NCBI GenBank assembly: GCA_965203895.1
Contig: CBDBDI010000003.1
Span: 200,584 to 264,583 of the forward strand
Direction: 5' to 3'
DNA from: Dehalococcoidia bacterium
GTDB lineage: Bacteria > Chloroflexota > Dehalococcoidia > Lucifugimonadales > JADFKI01
DNA: 64,000 bases
Under the pieces are notes generated by a model. That model did no database searches and was not told the DNA's origin. It worked only from the letters and a program-made list of their open reading frames with translations. Position 1 is the first letter of the stretch, and every line of letters begins with the position of its first letter. Position numbers and translations under genes: made by a program. Positions 7,629 through 16,570 of this stretch are shown in pieces.

Positions 7629-10538
7629 CTACACCACCAGCCGCGCCCCCGCCGGCCGCCGCTTGCCCCCATGCACCGACGGCTCCGCGCACCACTTGGC
7701 GGCGAGCATCCGCACGCCCTCATACACAGTGTCGTCGAAGCCCAGCATATCGCAGACCACACGCCGATCCAGCAGCGCGCGGTTGGCGTCGGCGTCCGCA
7801 AGATACGCCGGCTGCAGCTCCAGTTCTCGGAACTCGTCGAAGATTTCCTGCGCCGTCGCAAGTTGCGCGTCGGTGAGGGCGCGCAGGTCTAGGGTGGGTA
7901 GATTATCCATGCCGCTGACTGTGATGTCTCCACGCCCGGCTTGTTGACGGCTTGAATGCCACCAATAACATAGCAAGCCAAGAGAGCTGTTGCCCCAAAT
8001 TGTGAAAGCGTAGTCAAAACGCCGATCTTCAAATTTCACATTGGGCCAAGCGCGCCCGCCTAGGCTTATTTGCTCTGTGTATGCTACCGAAAGCGGTTGT
8101 GCGGTGAAACGAAAACCGCGGCTTATATGCGCGCGACTCGCCATTGCCCATATCTCGGCGACTCTCGGCCTCATGCCTCGCCTTGCCCGCAGCTGCGAAT
8201 CGGGGACGCAGACCATTCGGGTTTCGTTTCGGGCGTTGTGGTTCCATAGCGCGGGATAGGTGGCGGTAGGGGACGGCGGGTGTTTGGTGAAAGGCGCATT
8301 GTGCGCGGCGCTTATCACCATTTGCGAGTCCAGTCCCCGCTGTCCGACTTCGCTTAATCGCGCGATAGGCAGTTCATGCGTTTCGGCGGCTACGGGAAGC
8401 CACAACTTGCCTTCGGATAGCGAATGCGCCGCTTGCGCCAGCGATGCGTCGTTCATGCGCGCAGCACCCCAGCCGGTCGCGTAGTTATCTATCGGAGCGT
8501 CCAACGCTTCCCCTACAAGATCCGCGCCGCAGTAGATCGGGACGCCGCCGTATGGACCGTCCTCAAGCCGATTCAACTCAGCGTCGGCGGCAATGCCGCG
8601 CGCGAACTCTCTCGACTCCACAAATCCCCCCGGCCTGTGCGTCAGCGATACGAACTCCGCGCGCTGACGCGGCTCCTCTTCAGGCTCCAGTTTGCGCGCC
8701 ACTATCAGGCATTCCGCTATTCCAGTATCCGACGAAAACGCCATATCCCTGCCAATGGATGCGATGCTCACAATCGTGGCATCCGTATATTGAGTGGCGA
8801 TGAGCTCCCTGAACTTCGCCCACGCAGCGCCGTTAATCGCGGTGAGCGGCAGCACCAGCGCCACTACGCCGCCTGGACGAACCTTTTTGTCTGCTATGGA
8901 CGCAAACGCCGAACCCAAACCCGCATGTCCGTGATAGTGAGAGCCGCGCGCTAATTGAATCAGCAACGTCGCCATATCATCCTGGTCTGCGATAGGCGCG
9001 CCGAAGGCGGCAAAGGCGGCGTTTAGTATGTTGCCATCCGCGTCCCTGTGCTTGGTGTTGCTGGTGAACGGGGGGTTCATTATCACGATGTCGAAGCCGT
9101 CGTCCAGTATGTCGACCGCGATTTGGGCGGCGGTCTCTTCGCCTATGCTGCCGGTTCGCAACGCAGGATCGCTTGTGTTGAACAGCGTCATAACAGACGA
9201 AGTTTGCAGCAGATCCAGCGATCCGATTTTCACGCTGCCGTCCGCTTGCCGTCCGTAGGGCATTGTGTACAAGCGTGAATTTTCGTAGCCGATGTTGGGT
9301 TGAATGCCGGACAGCGTTGCCCCGGTGATGTGAACGGCGGATGGCATTACATCGCAACCGTATAGCGCGTCTTCCATCATCGCCTTGTGCAGCGAAGCTG
9401 CGCTGCCGCCGGCGTGTTCGTGGCGTATGGAGAACTGCTCATACACGGCGGACAGCAGCGCCCCTGTGCCGCATGCGAAATCGCCCACGCGGAGCTTGCC
9501 GATGGCGTTTGCGTCTGCCCAGTCCACGTCTTTCAACTTGGCTACTGCTATGCGCGCGAGCAGCGCCGATGACGCCGGCAGCGTGTAGAAGGTGGCGAGA
9601 TACTTGCGGTCGGCTATGAGCCGCTGGAATATGCGCCCGGTGAGGTCGTGCGCGAATATGGCGCCGCCTGAGCTAATGCGCTGAGCGGTGTCCCGCAGTC
9701 GGTCGATGATTTGCGCCGCGTCATGCGCCGGAAGCTGATTCACGATGTCGCGCGCTATGGCGAATATCGCCCAGTAGTTGATTTGCAGGACGTCGTCCCA
9801 CGCCGCGTTTAGTTTGTCCCGCGGGTTGTCTTCGGCGGATGTCCAGAGCAAGTTAAGCGGCTTGACTTCGGCGTGCATCCCCGCGATGCGCTCATGGAAT
9901 ATGAGCGCGTTTGCGATGATGGCGCACGCCATTCTGCGGGTGGGCGGCAGGTCATCCATGCCCAGCAGGCGCGCGATTTCCTGATTTATGGCGGGGCGCA
10001 GCTTGCCCATATTGTCCAGGACGGCGACGGCGCGCTCGATGCCCTGCTCCAACACATCGGTGGCGGCGTCAACCGCGCGCTCCGACACGGACACCAATCG
10101 TATCAGGTCGGCAAGGTCTGACACGCCGCCCTGTAGCCAGCCTGATGCAGGAAAGCGCGCTTCGTCTTCTTCATAGAATACGGCGTATTCCAAGCGCGCC
10201 GATCGAATTGCGCCATCCAGGTCTGGAGCATTAGCAACATCCGACGGATAGCGCAACGCGATTGCGGATTCGATACGCTTGCCGCCGTCTGCCAGTTGCA
10301 AGCCAAGCCGCGCCTTTGCCTCATCCTCGGCGGTGTAGGCGGGAAGGTACTCGGCTTCAACTACGACGGGAGCGCGGTCGATTGCCGTAATCAGAATGTC
10401 GGGCTGCAAACCGGGATGGTCGCTGATAGCGCGCGTGGTTTCGGAGTGAACCGCGCAACTAGGCAACATGCGGCGCAGGATAGCGCCAAGTGCGTTGTTT
10501 GCGCTTGGCTCGGTTTGGCGCAGGGTAGTCATGGGCAA
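7629..10538 (-). CDS. Large (969 aa) gamma-class N6-adenine DNA methyltransferase-domain protein with unassigned N- and C-terminal regions (Type IIG-like or orphan defence methylase)
   Basis: Motif I VGDFACGTGALLSAV is followed by motif IV IVIMNPPFTSNTKH. The ~330-aa N-terminal region contains QPDILITAIDRAPVVVEAEY, a PD..ExE segment that lacks the canonical Lys. The ~400-aa C-terminal region is unassigned. Confidence 0.7.
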   Translation of the reverse strand: MPMTTLRQTEPSANNALGAILRRMLPSCAVHSETTRAISDHPGLQPDILITAIDRAPVVVEAEYLPAYTAEDEAKARLGLQLADGGKRIESAIALRYPSDVANAPDLDGAIRSARLEYAVFYEEDEARFPASGWLQGGVSDLADLIRLVSVSERAVDAATDVLEQGIERAVAVLDNMGKLRPAINQEIARLLGMDDLPPTRRMACAIIANALIFHERIAGMHAEVKPLNLLWTSAEDNPRDKLNAAWDDVLQINYWAIFAIARDIVNQLPAHDAAQIIDRLRDTAQRISSGGAIFAHDLTGRIFQRLIADRKYLATFYTLPASSALLARIAVAKLKDVDWADANAIGKLRVGDFACGTGALLSAVYEQFSIRHEHAGGSAASLHKAMMEDALYGCDVMPSAVHITGATLSGIQPNIGYENSRLYTMPYGRQADGSVKIGSLDLLQTSSVMTLFNTSDPALRTGSIGEETAAQIAVDILDDGFDIVIMNPPFTSNTKHRDADGNILNAAFAAFGAPIADQDDMATLLIQLARGSHYHGHAGLGSAFASIADKKVRPGGVVALVLPLTAINGAAWAKFRELIATQYTDATIVSIASIGRDMAFSSDTGIAECLIVARKLEPEEEPRQRAEFVSLTHRPGGFVESREFARGIAADAELNRLEDGPYGGVPIYCGADLVGEALDAPIDNYATGWGAARMNDASLAQAAHSLSEGKLWLPVAAETHELPIARLSEVGQRGLDSQMVISAAHNAPFTKHPPSPTATYPALWNHNARNETRMVCVPDSQLRARRGMRPRVAEIWAMASRAHISRGFRFTAQPLSVAYTEQISLGGRAWPNVKFEDRRFDYAFTIWGNSSLGLLCYWWHSSRQQAGRGDITVSGMDNLPTLDLRALTDAQLATAQEIFDEFRELELQPAYLADADANRALLDRRVVCDMLGFDDTVYEGVRMLAAKWCAEPSVHGGKRRPAGARLVV

Positions 10539-10914
10539 TATCCGCCGTAGGGTTATGCTTGTGAGACGCTGACTATTATAGGGGCGTTTGTTCTATGGCG
10601 CAAGCGGTAAAGGTATCCAAATTCCGACGCGTTAGACTGGTTTGGCAAGCGCGGCTGTTCGGAGTAGTGGTCGGCGCGGACGCTCCATACGCCGCGAATG
10701 ATGTCGGCGTGTTGGGGCGGCTGTTCGCTTTGGGGCGTTACGCTCTTGCCAAGGTGGTTACCAGATTATACACTAATCAACCGTCGACCGGGGCGCTTTC
10801 TATGGCGCGCGCCAATCCTGATGAAGACGGCGTAAGACCGCATCGCTACTCGACGGCAGCGGGTTGGGAATATGATGCCGCCGTTTCAGGTAGCGGGGTA
10901 GGGATCAGTAGGCT

Positions 10915-11808
10915 TTGATTGATATGGACGCCGTTATGTCAGTGGACAACGCTCAATGGGTGAACTCCATTATCCAAGGCGACGCGCTGGAAACGCTTCG
11001 GCGGCTTCCGGGCGCATCGGTCAATTGCGTCGTTACAAGCCCGCCCTACTATATGCAGCGCGATTACAGCGCCCCGCATCAGATTGGCAATGAGCAATCG
11101 CCGTCCGAGTATGTACAAAAGCTTCAAGGCGTGTTTTCGGAATGCCGACGCGTATTGAAAGATAACGGCGCTTTGTGGCTTAACTTGGGCGATAAATACC
11201 AAGACGGGGCGTTGCTGGGAATGCCTTGGCGGGTCGCATTCGCTCTGAAAGACGACGGCTGGCTGCTCCGCTCAGACATCATTTGGCGCAAACCCAATGC
11301 GATGCCGTCGTCCGTGAAGAATAGACCCACGACAGACCATGAGTATGTTTTTCTGTTCGCAAAAACCCAGAACTACTATTACGACGTTGACGCGGTGAGA
11401 GAACCGCACGTCACTTTCACGGACAAAAGCCGAATGAAGGGCGGGCGCAACCATTTCGGCAAGCGGCAAGGCACCCCCGAAAGCGGCAAGAACGGCGGCA
11501 ACGCCAATCTGCATAACGGCAGGTGGGATCAAGCGTTTCATCCGAAAGGCAGAAACCGCCGAACCGTATGGGATATTCCGCTGTCTAAGTTTCGCGGGGT
11601 TCACTTCGCGGTTTTCCCCGAAAGGCTGGTCGAACTCTGCATATCGGCCGGATGTCCCGAAAACGGAATAGTTCTAGATCCTTTCGTCGGCAGCGGAACA
11701 ACGGCGGTTGTCGCCAAGCGCCTCAATAGGAAGTATGTGGGCATTGACAGCAACGCAGAGTATTGCGAAATGGCGCTGGACAGGCTCTATCAGGGCAGTC
11801 TGCTTTAG
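10915..11808 (+). CDS. Beta-class DNA methyltransferase, SPPY type (probably N4-cytosine)
   Basis: CVVTSPPYYMQRDY (motif IV), DHEYVFLFAK, VLDPFVGSGTTAVVAKRLNRKYVGID (motif I). The start is uncertain: TTG 10915, ATG 10924 or ATG 10936. Confidence 0.85.
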   Translation: MIDMDAVMSVDNAQWVNSIIQGDALETLRRLPGASVNCVVTSPPYYMQRDYSAPHQIGNEQSPSEYVQKLQGVFSECRRVLKDNGALWLNLGDKYQDGALLGMPWRVAFALKDDGWLLRSDIIWRKPNAMPSSVKNRPTTDHEYVFLFAKTQNYYYDVDAVREPHVTFTDKSRMKGGRNHFGKRQGTPESGKNGGNANLHNGRWDQAFHPKGRNRRTVWDIPLSKFRGVHFAVFPERLVELCISAGCPENGIVLDPFVGSGTTAVVAKRLNRKYVGIDSNAEYCEMALDRLYQGSLL

Positions 11809-12692
11809 TTCGCGGCGATGTCTCTGAGCATCGGCAGCAGGTCGTCTTCCAGTTTCTGCGCCAACAGCGGCTCAATGGAAACTATCTGATTAGGGTTCGC
11901 TTGAATGTAGATGTAGAGTTCGGATTCGAGCGCGTCCAAATCGCCCGTCCACGATTCTGCGATAACGATGGGAACGCAGGTATAGCCGTTTTCGGTGGCT
12001 ACCAGAATTGACTTGTAAATATCCCTAGTGAATAGCAGTGAGTGGCCGCCGCCCATAGTTTCGCGCGTCTTGACGGGAATGAGAATTGAGGTAGTTTCGC
12101 CTATGACCTGGACGTCATAGGTTTCGTCGGCTATTCGGACTTGCGCCCTGCTGACTTGCAGCGCCAATTCGTGGCGCTTAATCAGGTTTTCAAGTATCCG
12201 TCTCACAAGCCCCTCGAAAAGGGTTCCCTTGAGCGCGCGTCTGCTGCCCTCAAGTCTTGAAAGCATAATTTCGGATACGGCGTGCCATTCCCAGCTTTCT
12301 GCGTCGGGAAACAACGGCGCAACGAACTTGCGAACTTCATTCAGCAGATAAGCGCGCCGATCTGCCAAAGTATCGCCCGGCGCGGTTTTGAGAAGCGGCT
12401 GCAGGCGTTGCGTCGCCGCATCGCGAAGCAGCCAAGCCAGAAAATACCACTTGGCCCTGGAGTTGGAATAGGGCCGCAACAGACCATCGTATAGTCGGAC
12501 ATCGCCCGGACGATCGAAGTAGCGATTTATCGTGTTTATCGCTCTGTCATCCGACGCTTCCTGAACGAAATCCAGGACGGAGCCGTATCCGTCTTCCGCA
12601 AGAAAATCTACGAAATCTTGATAGAAGCTCCGATTTTCTTGGACTATTGCGACCAATTCTCTCAACCGCAGGTTGTGTAGAACGAAGTCCAT
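11805..12692 (-). CDS. Putative Type II restriction endonuclease, cognate to the SPPY methylase
   Basis: It is convergent with the methylase and the 3' ends overlap by 4 bp. The protein is 295 aa from ATG 12692 (MDFVLHNLRLRELV..). No family recognised; a possible catalytic stretch is YDVQVIGETTSILIPVKTRE. Assignment is by context only. Confidence 0.5.
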   Translation of the reverse strand: MDFVLHNLRLRELVAIVQENRSFYQDFVDFLAEDGYGSVLDFVQEASDDRAINTINRYFDRPGDVRLYDGLLRPYSNSRAKWYFLAWLLRDAATQRLQPLLKTAPGDTLADRRAYLLNEVRKFVAPLFPDAESWEWHAVSEIMLSRLEGSRRALKGTLFEGLVRRILENLIKRHELALQVSRAQVRIADETYDVQVIGETTSILIPVKTRETMGGGHSLLFTRDIYKSILVATENGYTCVPIVIAESWTGDLDALESELYIYIQANPNQIVSIEPLLAQKLEDDLLPMLRDIAAN

Positions 12693-12712
12693 AATGTAGG
12701 GCTTACGCGGCG

Positions 12713-14419
12713 CTAAAACGCGTCCTCTTCCTCTGCCATTCGGGCGAAGTCGGCGTGGGTGTAGCTGGCCAGGCTGCGGAAGTCGAGCTCGGTGTAGTTC
12801 TTTATCCAGCGCAGCGAGACTTTGTATGCCTTGTGGTAACGCGCCGCCTGCTCTTGGTATTGCGCTTGGGCGTCCGCGTCGTCGGCGGGCAGCGCCGCCT
12901 TGCGATGCTTGAGGATGTCCGCCGTCTCTTCTTGCAGCAGGCGCTTGGCGAGCGCGAAGTCGTGGCGCTGTTCGGTGTCTTCGGCTATCGCGCCGTGTAG
13001 GATGCGCTGCGCCGTCTGCGCCACGGATATGCGCCCGGTGGCGAGGTCTTCCATCAGCGCAGGGTGAGCGCCGGGCTGCCCTTCTAGGCTGTCTATGCCC
13101 TTTGCGCCGCGCCCGGCGAGCCATCCCTCAACATATTCGATTATCATTCGGGCGTTGCGGCGGGTGCCTTCGGCGGTGATTGGGCCTTCGGGGCGCTCTA
13201 TGCTGACGGGGTAGTTGGCAGGATCGTCCATGCCTCCGGCAGGCTGCCAGTCGGCGGTGATATGCTCTTTGAACGGATCGCTTGCGGTCTTCATATGGAA
13301 GATGTGCGCCACCCAGCCGCGCAGAAAGCCCTGCTGCGCTTCCCATACCTTGTCGGCGCGGATGGATGCGGCGGCTATCTTGTTGATTTCGTCGTCGCGG
13401 CTTGGCAGCGCGGTCGCCATGCCGCCGATGGGGACGGCGCCGCGCTTGAGGCATACGGCTACCAGACGGCGGAATATGTTCGCCATAAAATCGGTGGTCT
13501 TGATGTCCACGCCAAAGCGGTCGGGCCATACCATATTCGGGTCGGCCATAATGTACTCCAGGATGCTTGCCTTCAAGTCCCAGCGCGCGGCGTTCAACCC
13601 GGCGGCGTAGGGTCCGAGTTCGTGAAGCAGATCCTCCATTATGTACACGGCGGGCAGCGATTCCACTAGGAATATGGCGCGTATGACGGCGTCGGCGGGG
13701 TAGCCCAGCCGCTCTTTGCTGAAGTCGAAGAAGTCGCGGTAGAACGCCGCCTCTTCAATCACTTCGACTTTGGGCAGGTAGAAGTACAAGCCCTGCCCGC
13801 GCTCCACCTGCGCCCTGCCGCCGTATGCGAATGTGAGCGCCATGCCGAGTATGGTGGCGGGTATCGGGCTGCCGTCAACGGCGAAGTCGTGTTCGTCTAG
13901 GTGCAGCGCTCGCTCGCGGTGCATAAAGAAGGGCGTATCGCCGTCTGCGATGGCGTAGGTGCGGTTGCGCGCGGGGTTGTGGAATGACAGTGTGCGCTCG
14001 GTGATGCCCAGCCGATTGCGGGCGGCGTTCAGCGTGTCCGCAAGGTTATGGCCGCCGGAGTCTTCGTCGTCGTCGAGGTAGCCCACGGCGCGCTCGCCTT
14101 CGGGGCCGGGGTTGACGGCGTTGATTGCCATATTGACGATGGACACGGGGCCAGAAATCTCTATGCCGGGGATGCGCAAGTCGTCGGGGACGGGCGGCGT
14201 CTGCCAATCGCCGGCCGCGGCGGATTCGGCTGGGAAGCCGGGCATAACGCCGTCGTGGAGCGCGCGGCGCAACTGAGCGGCGCGCTTGTTTCGCACATCT
14301 TGGACGCGGTCGGCGAACTTGTCATACGCTTCGGTAACATAGTCTAAGAATTCGGGAGTGAACAGGTCTTCAGTGCCTTCTACGTTAGTCCAGCAGACCC
14401 TGCTTGCGGTTGTTGACAT
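12713..14419 (-). CDS. aceB: Malate synthase (A-type family)
   Basis: GLYFYLPKVE, IRAIFLVESLPAVYIMEDLLHELGPYAAGLNAARWDLKASILEY and IEISGPVSIVNMAINAVN match malate synthase A blocks. Length 568 aa. Confidence 0.8.
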   Translation of the reverse strand: MSTTASRVCWTNVEGTEDLFTPEFLDYVTEAYDKFADRVQDVRNKRAAQLRRALHDGVMPGFPAESAAAGDWQTPPVPDDLRIPGIEISGPVSIVNMAINAVNPGPEGERAVGYLDDDEDSGGHNLADTLNAARNRLGITERTLSFHNPARNRTYAIADGDTPFFMHRERALHLDEHDFAVDGSPIPATILGMALTFAYGGRAQVERGQGLYFYLPKVEVIEEAAFYRDFFDFSKERLGYPADAVIRAIFLVESLPAVYIMEDLLHELGPYAAGLNAARWDLKASILEYIMADPNMVWPDRFGVDIKTTDFMANIFRRLVAVCLKRGAVPIGGMATALPSRDDEINKIAAASIRADKVWEAQQGFLRGWVAHIFHMKTASDPFKEHITADWQPAGGMDDPANYPVSIERPEGPITAEGTRRNARMIIEYVEGWLAGRGAKGIDSLEGQPGAHPALMEDLATGRISVAQTAQRILHGAIAEDTEQRHDFALAKRLLQEETADILKHRKAALPADDADAQAQYQEQAARYHKAYKVSLRWIKNYTELDFRSLASYTHADFARMAEEEDAF

Positions 14420-14584
14420 TGATTGTTTCTCCTAAGAAATGGCTAGTGATTGAGATGCGTGTGTGAGCGTCAAAGCGGTTTCGGTGATACAGACGTCGTC
14501 GACCGCTTTGGCGGCAGCAAGCAGGTTAAGTTTATTCTGCTATGCCGATGTTAGTCAAATTGCGATTGGGCGCGCACGCAAGCG

Positions 14585-14616
14585 CTCAACGCAAAGGCGC
14601 AGCGGCGCAAAGTGGG
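14585..14616 (+). repeat. Dispersed octamer-periodic intergenic repeat, full copy
   Basis: ctcaacgcaaaggcgcagcggcgcaaagtggg. Confidence 0.8.
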
Positions 14617-14805
14617 AGGCAAGTGGCTTGGCGCAGGCGGCGTCAGAATATCGCGATGGGATTGACGGGGCTGCCGGTTACATTTCGCAGAATCAACGGG
14701 CCCATGCTGAGCATGAATTCGTAGCGGTTGCGGCGTTTGCATTCGGCGGCGATGCGCTCTAGGTTGGCGTTGTCGATGAGCCATAACCCCAGAGTTACTT
14801 GGAAA

Positions 14806-14836
14806 TTTCAACGCAAAGGCGCAGAGACGCAAAGCG
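14806..14836 (+). repeat. Dispersed octamer-periodic intergenic repeat, full copy
   Basis: tttcaacgcaaaggcgcagagacgcaaagcg. Confidence 0.85.
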
Positions 14837-14895
14837 TTTCCCTATGGGATGAGTTTGCGCGCGGGAATGGCGGCGACTATCGGGGGTGCCTTACC

Positions 14896-15384
14896 TTACA
14901 TAGAAAGCCCTTCGACGAATTGAGCGCCAGGGATTTTGGCGATGGCGTCGGGCGCAACCTTTATCTTTGATGAGCGGCTGCCGGAGCCTAAGATGACATA
15001 GTCTAGCGCGCGCAGTTTGGCGTCGGCGTACACGGGCAGATCCGGCGGCAGCGCAAACGCCGTAACGCCGCCTATCATCATTCCTGTGAGCTGCATCGTC
15101 TCATCGGCGGACGCAAACGATGCGCGCGAAACGCCCATGAGCCGCTTCACCGTCTTGTTGACATCCAGGCGCGCGGAGCCTTGCACGATGCAGGCGCAGT
15201 ATTTCTTTGCGCCGCGCTTGGACGCCACAATGATGGTGTTGCCGCTGCTCTCAAGCGTGTAGCCGTACTTTTCGCAGAACTCGGCGGTGTCTGCGTATTC
15301 AGGATCGATTTGGATAAGCTCATGCGGAATAGCGAGGCTTTGCAGCGTAGAAACCACCTGCGCCTCAATGTCCGTAGATGTCAT
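14896..15384 (-). CDS. YbaK/ProX-type aminoacyl-tRNA editing (deacylase) domain protein
   Basis: NTIIVASKRGAKKYCACIVQGSARLDVNKTVKRLMGVSRASFASADETMQLTGMMIGGVTAFAL. Confidence 0.75.
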   Translation of the reverse strand: MTSTDIEAQVVSTLQSLAIPHELIQIDPEYADTAEFCEKYGYTLESSGNTIIVASKRGAKKYCACIVQGSARLDVNKTVKRLMGVSRASFASADETMQLTGMMIGGVTAFALPPDLPVYADAKLRALDYVILGSGSRSSKIKVAPDAIAKIPGAQFVEGLSM

Positions 15385-15499
15385 ATGCAGCGATACCTCT
15401 GTTGCATGATGTTTAGTTTGATGTGTGGCAATGGAGTTGCGCCAATGATATGGGGGGGATGCAGTCCGCTAACTAACAAGGGGGCTTTGTTCGAACTTG

Positions 15500-16312
15500 C
15501 TACTCGCCGCGCAGACGGCGCAGTTCGGCTTCCATTTCGGCTATGCGGGCTTCGGCGGCCAATCGCGCGTTGCGCTGATATTCTGCGCTCTCTTCGGCCG
15601 CCAATCGCGCGTTGCGCTGATATTCTGCGCTCTCTTCAGCCGCCAATCGCGCGTTGCGTTGCAATTCAGCATCCTCTTCGGCGTCTAGCCGCGCCTGCTC
15701 CAACTCCCTAGCGTTGAGCAGAAACTCGCCGCTCACGGGGTCGCGAAAGCGCAACTCGCCATCGTCCCACCACAACTCCAGCCCCAGAACCGCGCTGTAT
15801 CCCCACAGGCGGGCGGCGGGATCACGCGCTATCGTCAGCGGCTCATACTCGCCGTTCGCCAGCATATCGCCCGCAAGCGGGGCGTCGTGAAACCGGCCGC
15901 CCGTGCGGTCAAACCGCCAGTATTCGCTCACTCCGTAGCCGGCGTAGCCCGCGCGCTTGACCGTGTAGTCGCGTACGCCGGTGCTTTTGGACTCGACCTC
16001 TAGCACGAAATCGGGCGGCTTGCCCACTTCGCTTATCACATAGCCGTTTCGCGCTATGATGGCGTCGGGGTTGACGCCGAATGCAACCACCAAGTCGGGC
16101 GCAAGGCGCTCGGATTCGTTGGTAGCGTCGTGTCTGAGATAGCCTTCGCCGCTAATCAGCGCATCGCTGCGGTTCGCAAAGTGCGCCTGCAATGCTGCGC
16201 CGGCGGTGAGTAGGCTGTCTAGTTGCTGCATATCGTAGTTTCGCGGTGGGTCTGGTAGCGGCTCTAAGTGGGAGTAATCGTAGATATGGGGCAGTGCGCT
16301 TTTGGTGGTCAT
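15500..16312 (-). CDS. Uma2 family (DUF820) putative endonuclease with a C-terminal coiled-coil repeat extension
   Basis: APDLVVAFG..PDFVLEVESKSTGVRDYTVKRAGYAGYGVSEYWRFD is the Uma2 signature. The C-terminal tail is AEESAEYQRNARLA x3. Confidence 0.8.
   Translation of the reverse strand: MTTKSALPHIYDYSHLEPLPDPPRNYDMQQLDSLLTAGAALQAHFANRSDALISGEGYLRHDATNESERLAPDLVVAFGVNPDAIIARNGYVISEVGKPPDFVLEVESKSTGVRDYTVKRAGYAGYGVSEYWRFDRTGGRFHDAPLAGDMLANGEYEPLTIARDPAARLWGYSAVLGLELWWDDGELRFRDPVSGEFLLNARELEQARLDAEEDAELQRNARLAAEESAEYQRNARLAAEESAEYQRNARLAAEARIAEMEAELRRLRGE
15550..15675 (-). repeat. Three tandem 42-nt repeats inside the Uma2 CDS
   Basis: cttcggc(g/c)gccaatcgcgcgttgcgctgatattctgcgctct occurs at 15550, 15592 and 15634. 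The third copy is diverged. Confidence 0.85.
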
Positions 16313-16570
16313 AGTTGGACACTCCGATATGCAGTAGGCGGTGCAATCTACATCGGGGTTTGGGTTTGTTGGTTATGGCATGATTATAGCATTGTTGGGG
16401 GACAAGCGGCGTTGCTTGCGATAGCGGTAGCGCAATGTCAACGGCGTGGGCAACGCGCGCGCTGCCGTGCCGCTATTCACCGCGTAAACGGCGTAGTTCG
16501 GCTTTCATTTCGACTATGCGGACTTCGGTCAAGCGCGCTGGCCGCAACTCGCGCGGCCAGCGATGCGCGG

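Noticed and set aside
11805-13124. A 439-aa ORF as the full endonuclease gene.
   Set aside because: The N-terminal 144 aa overlap the 3' end of malate synthase on the same strand in another frame and are Arg/Pro-rich. ATG 12692 (MDFVLHN..) gives a compact 295-aa protein starting 20 nt after the aceB stop.
15550-15675. The tandem repeats at 15550 (42 nt), 50566 (21 nt) and 1134 (24 nt) as CRISPR arrays.
   Set aside because: There are no unique spacers between units. All three lie inside ORFs, are multiples of 3 nt and encode coiled-coil or peptide repeats. No cas genes are present.
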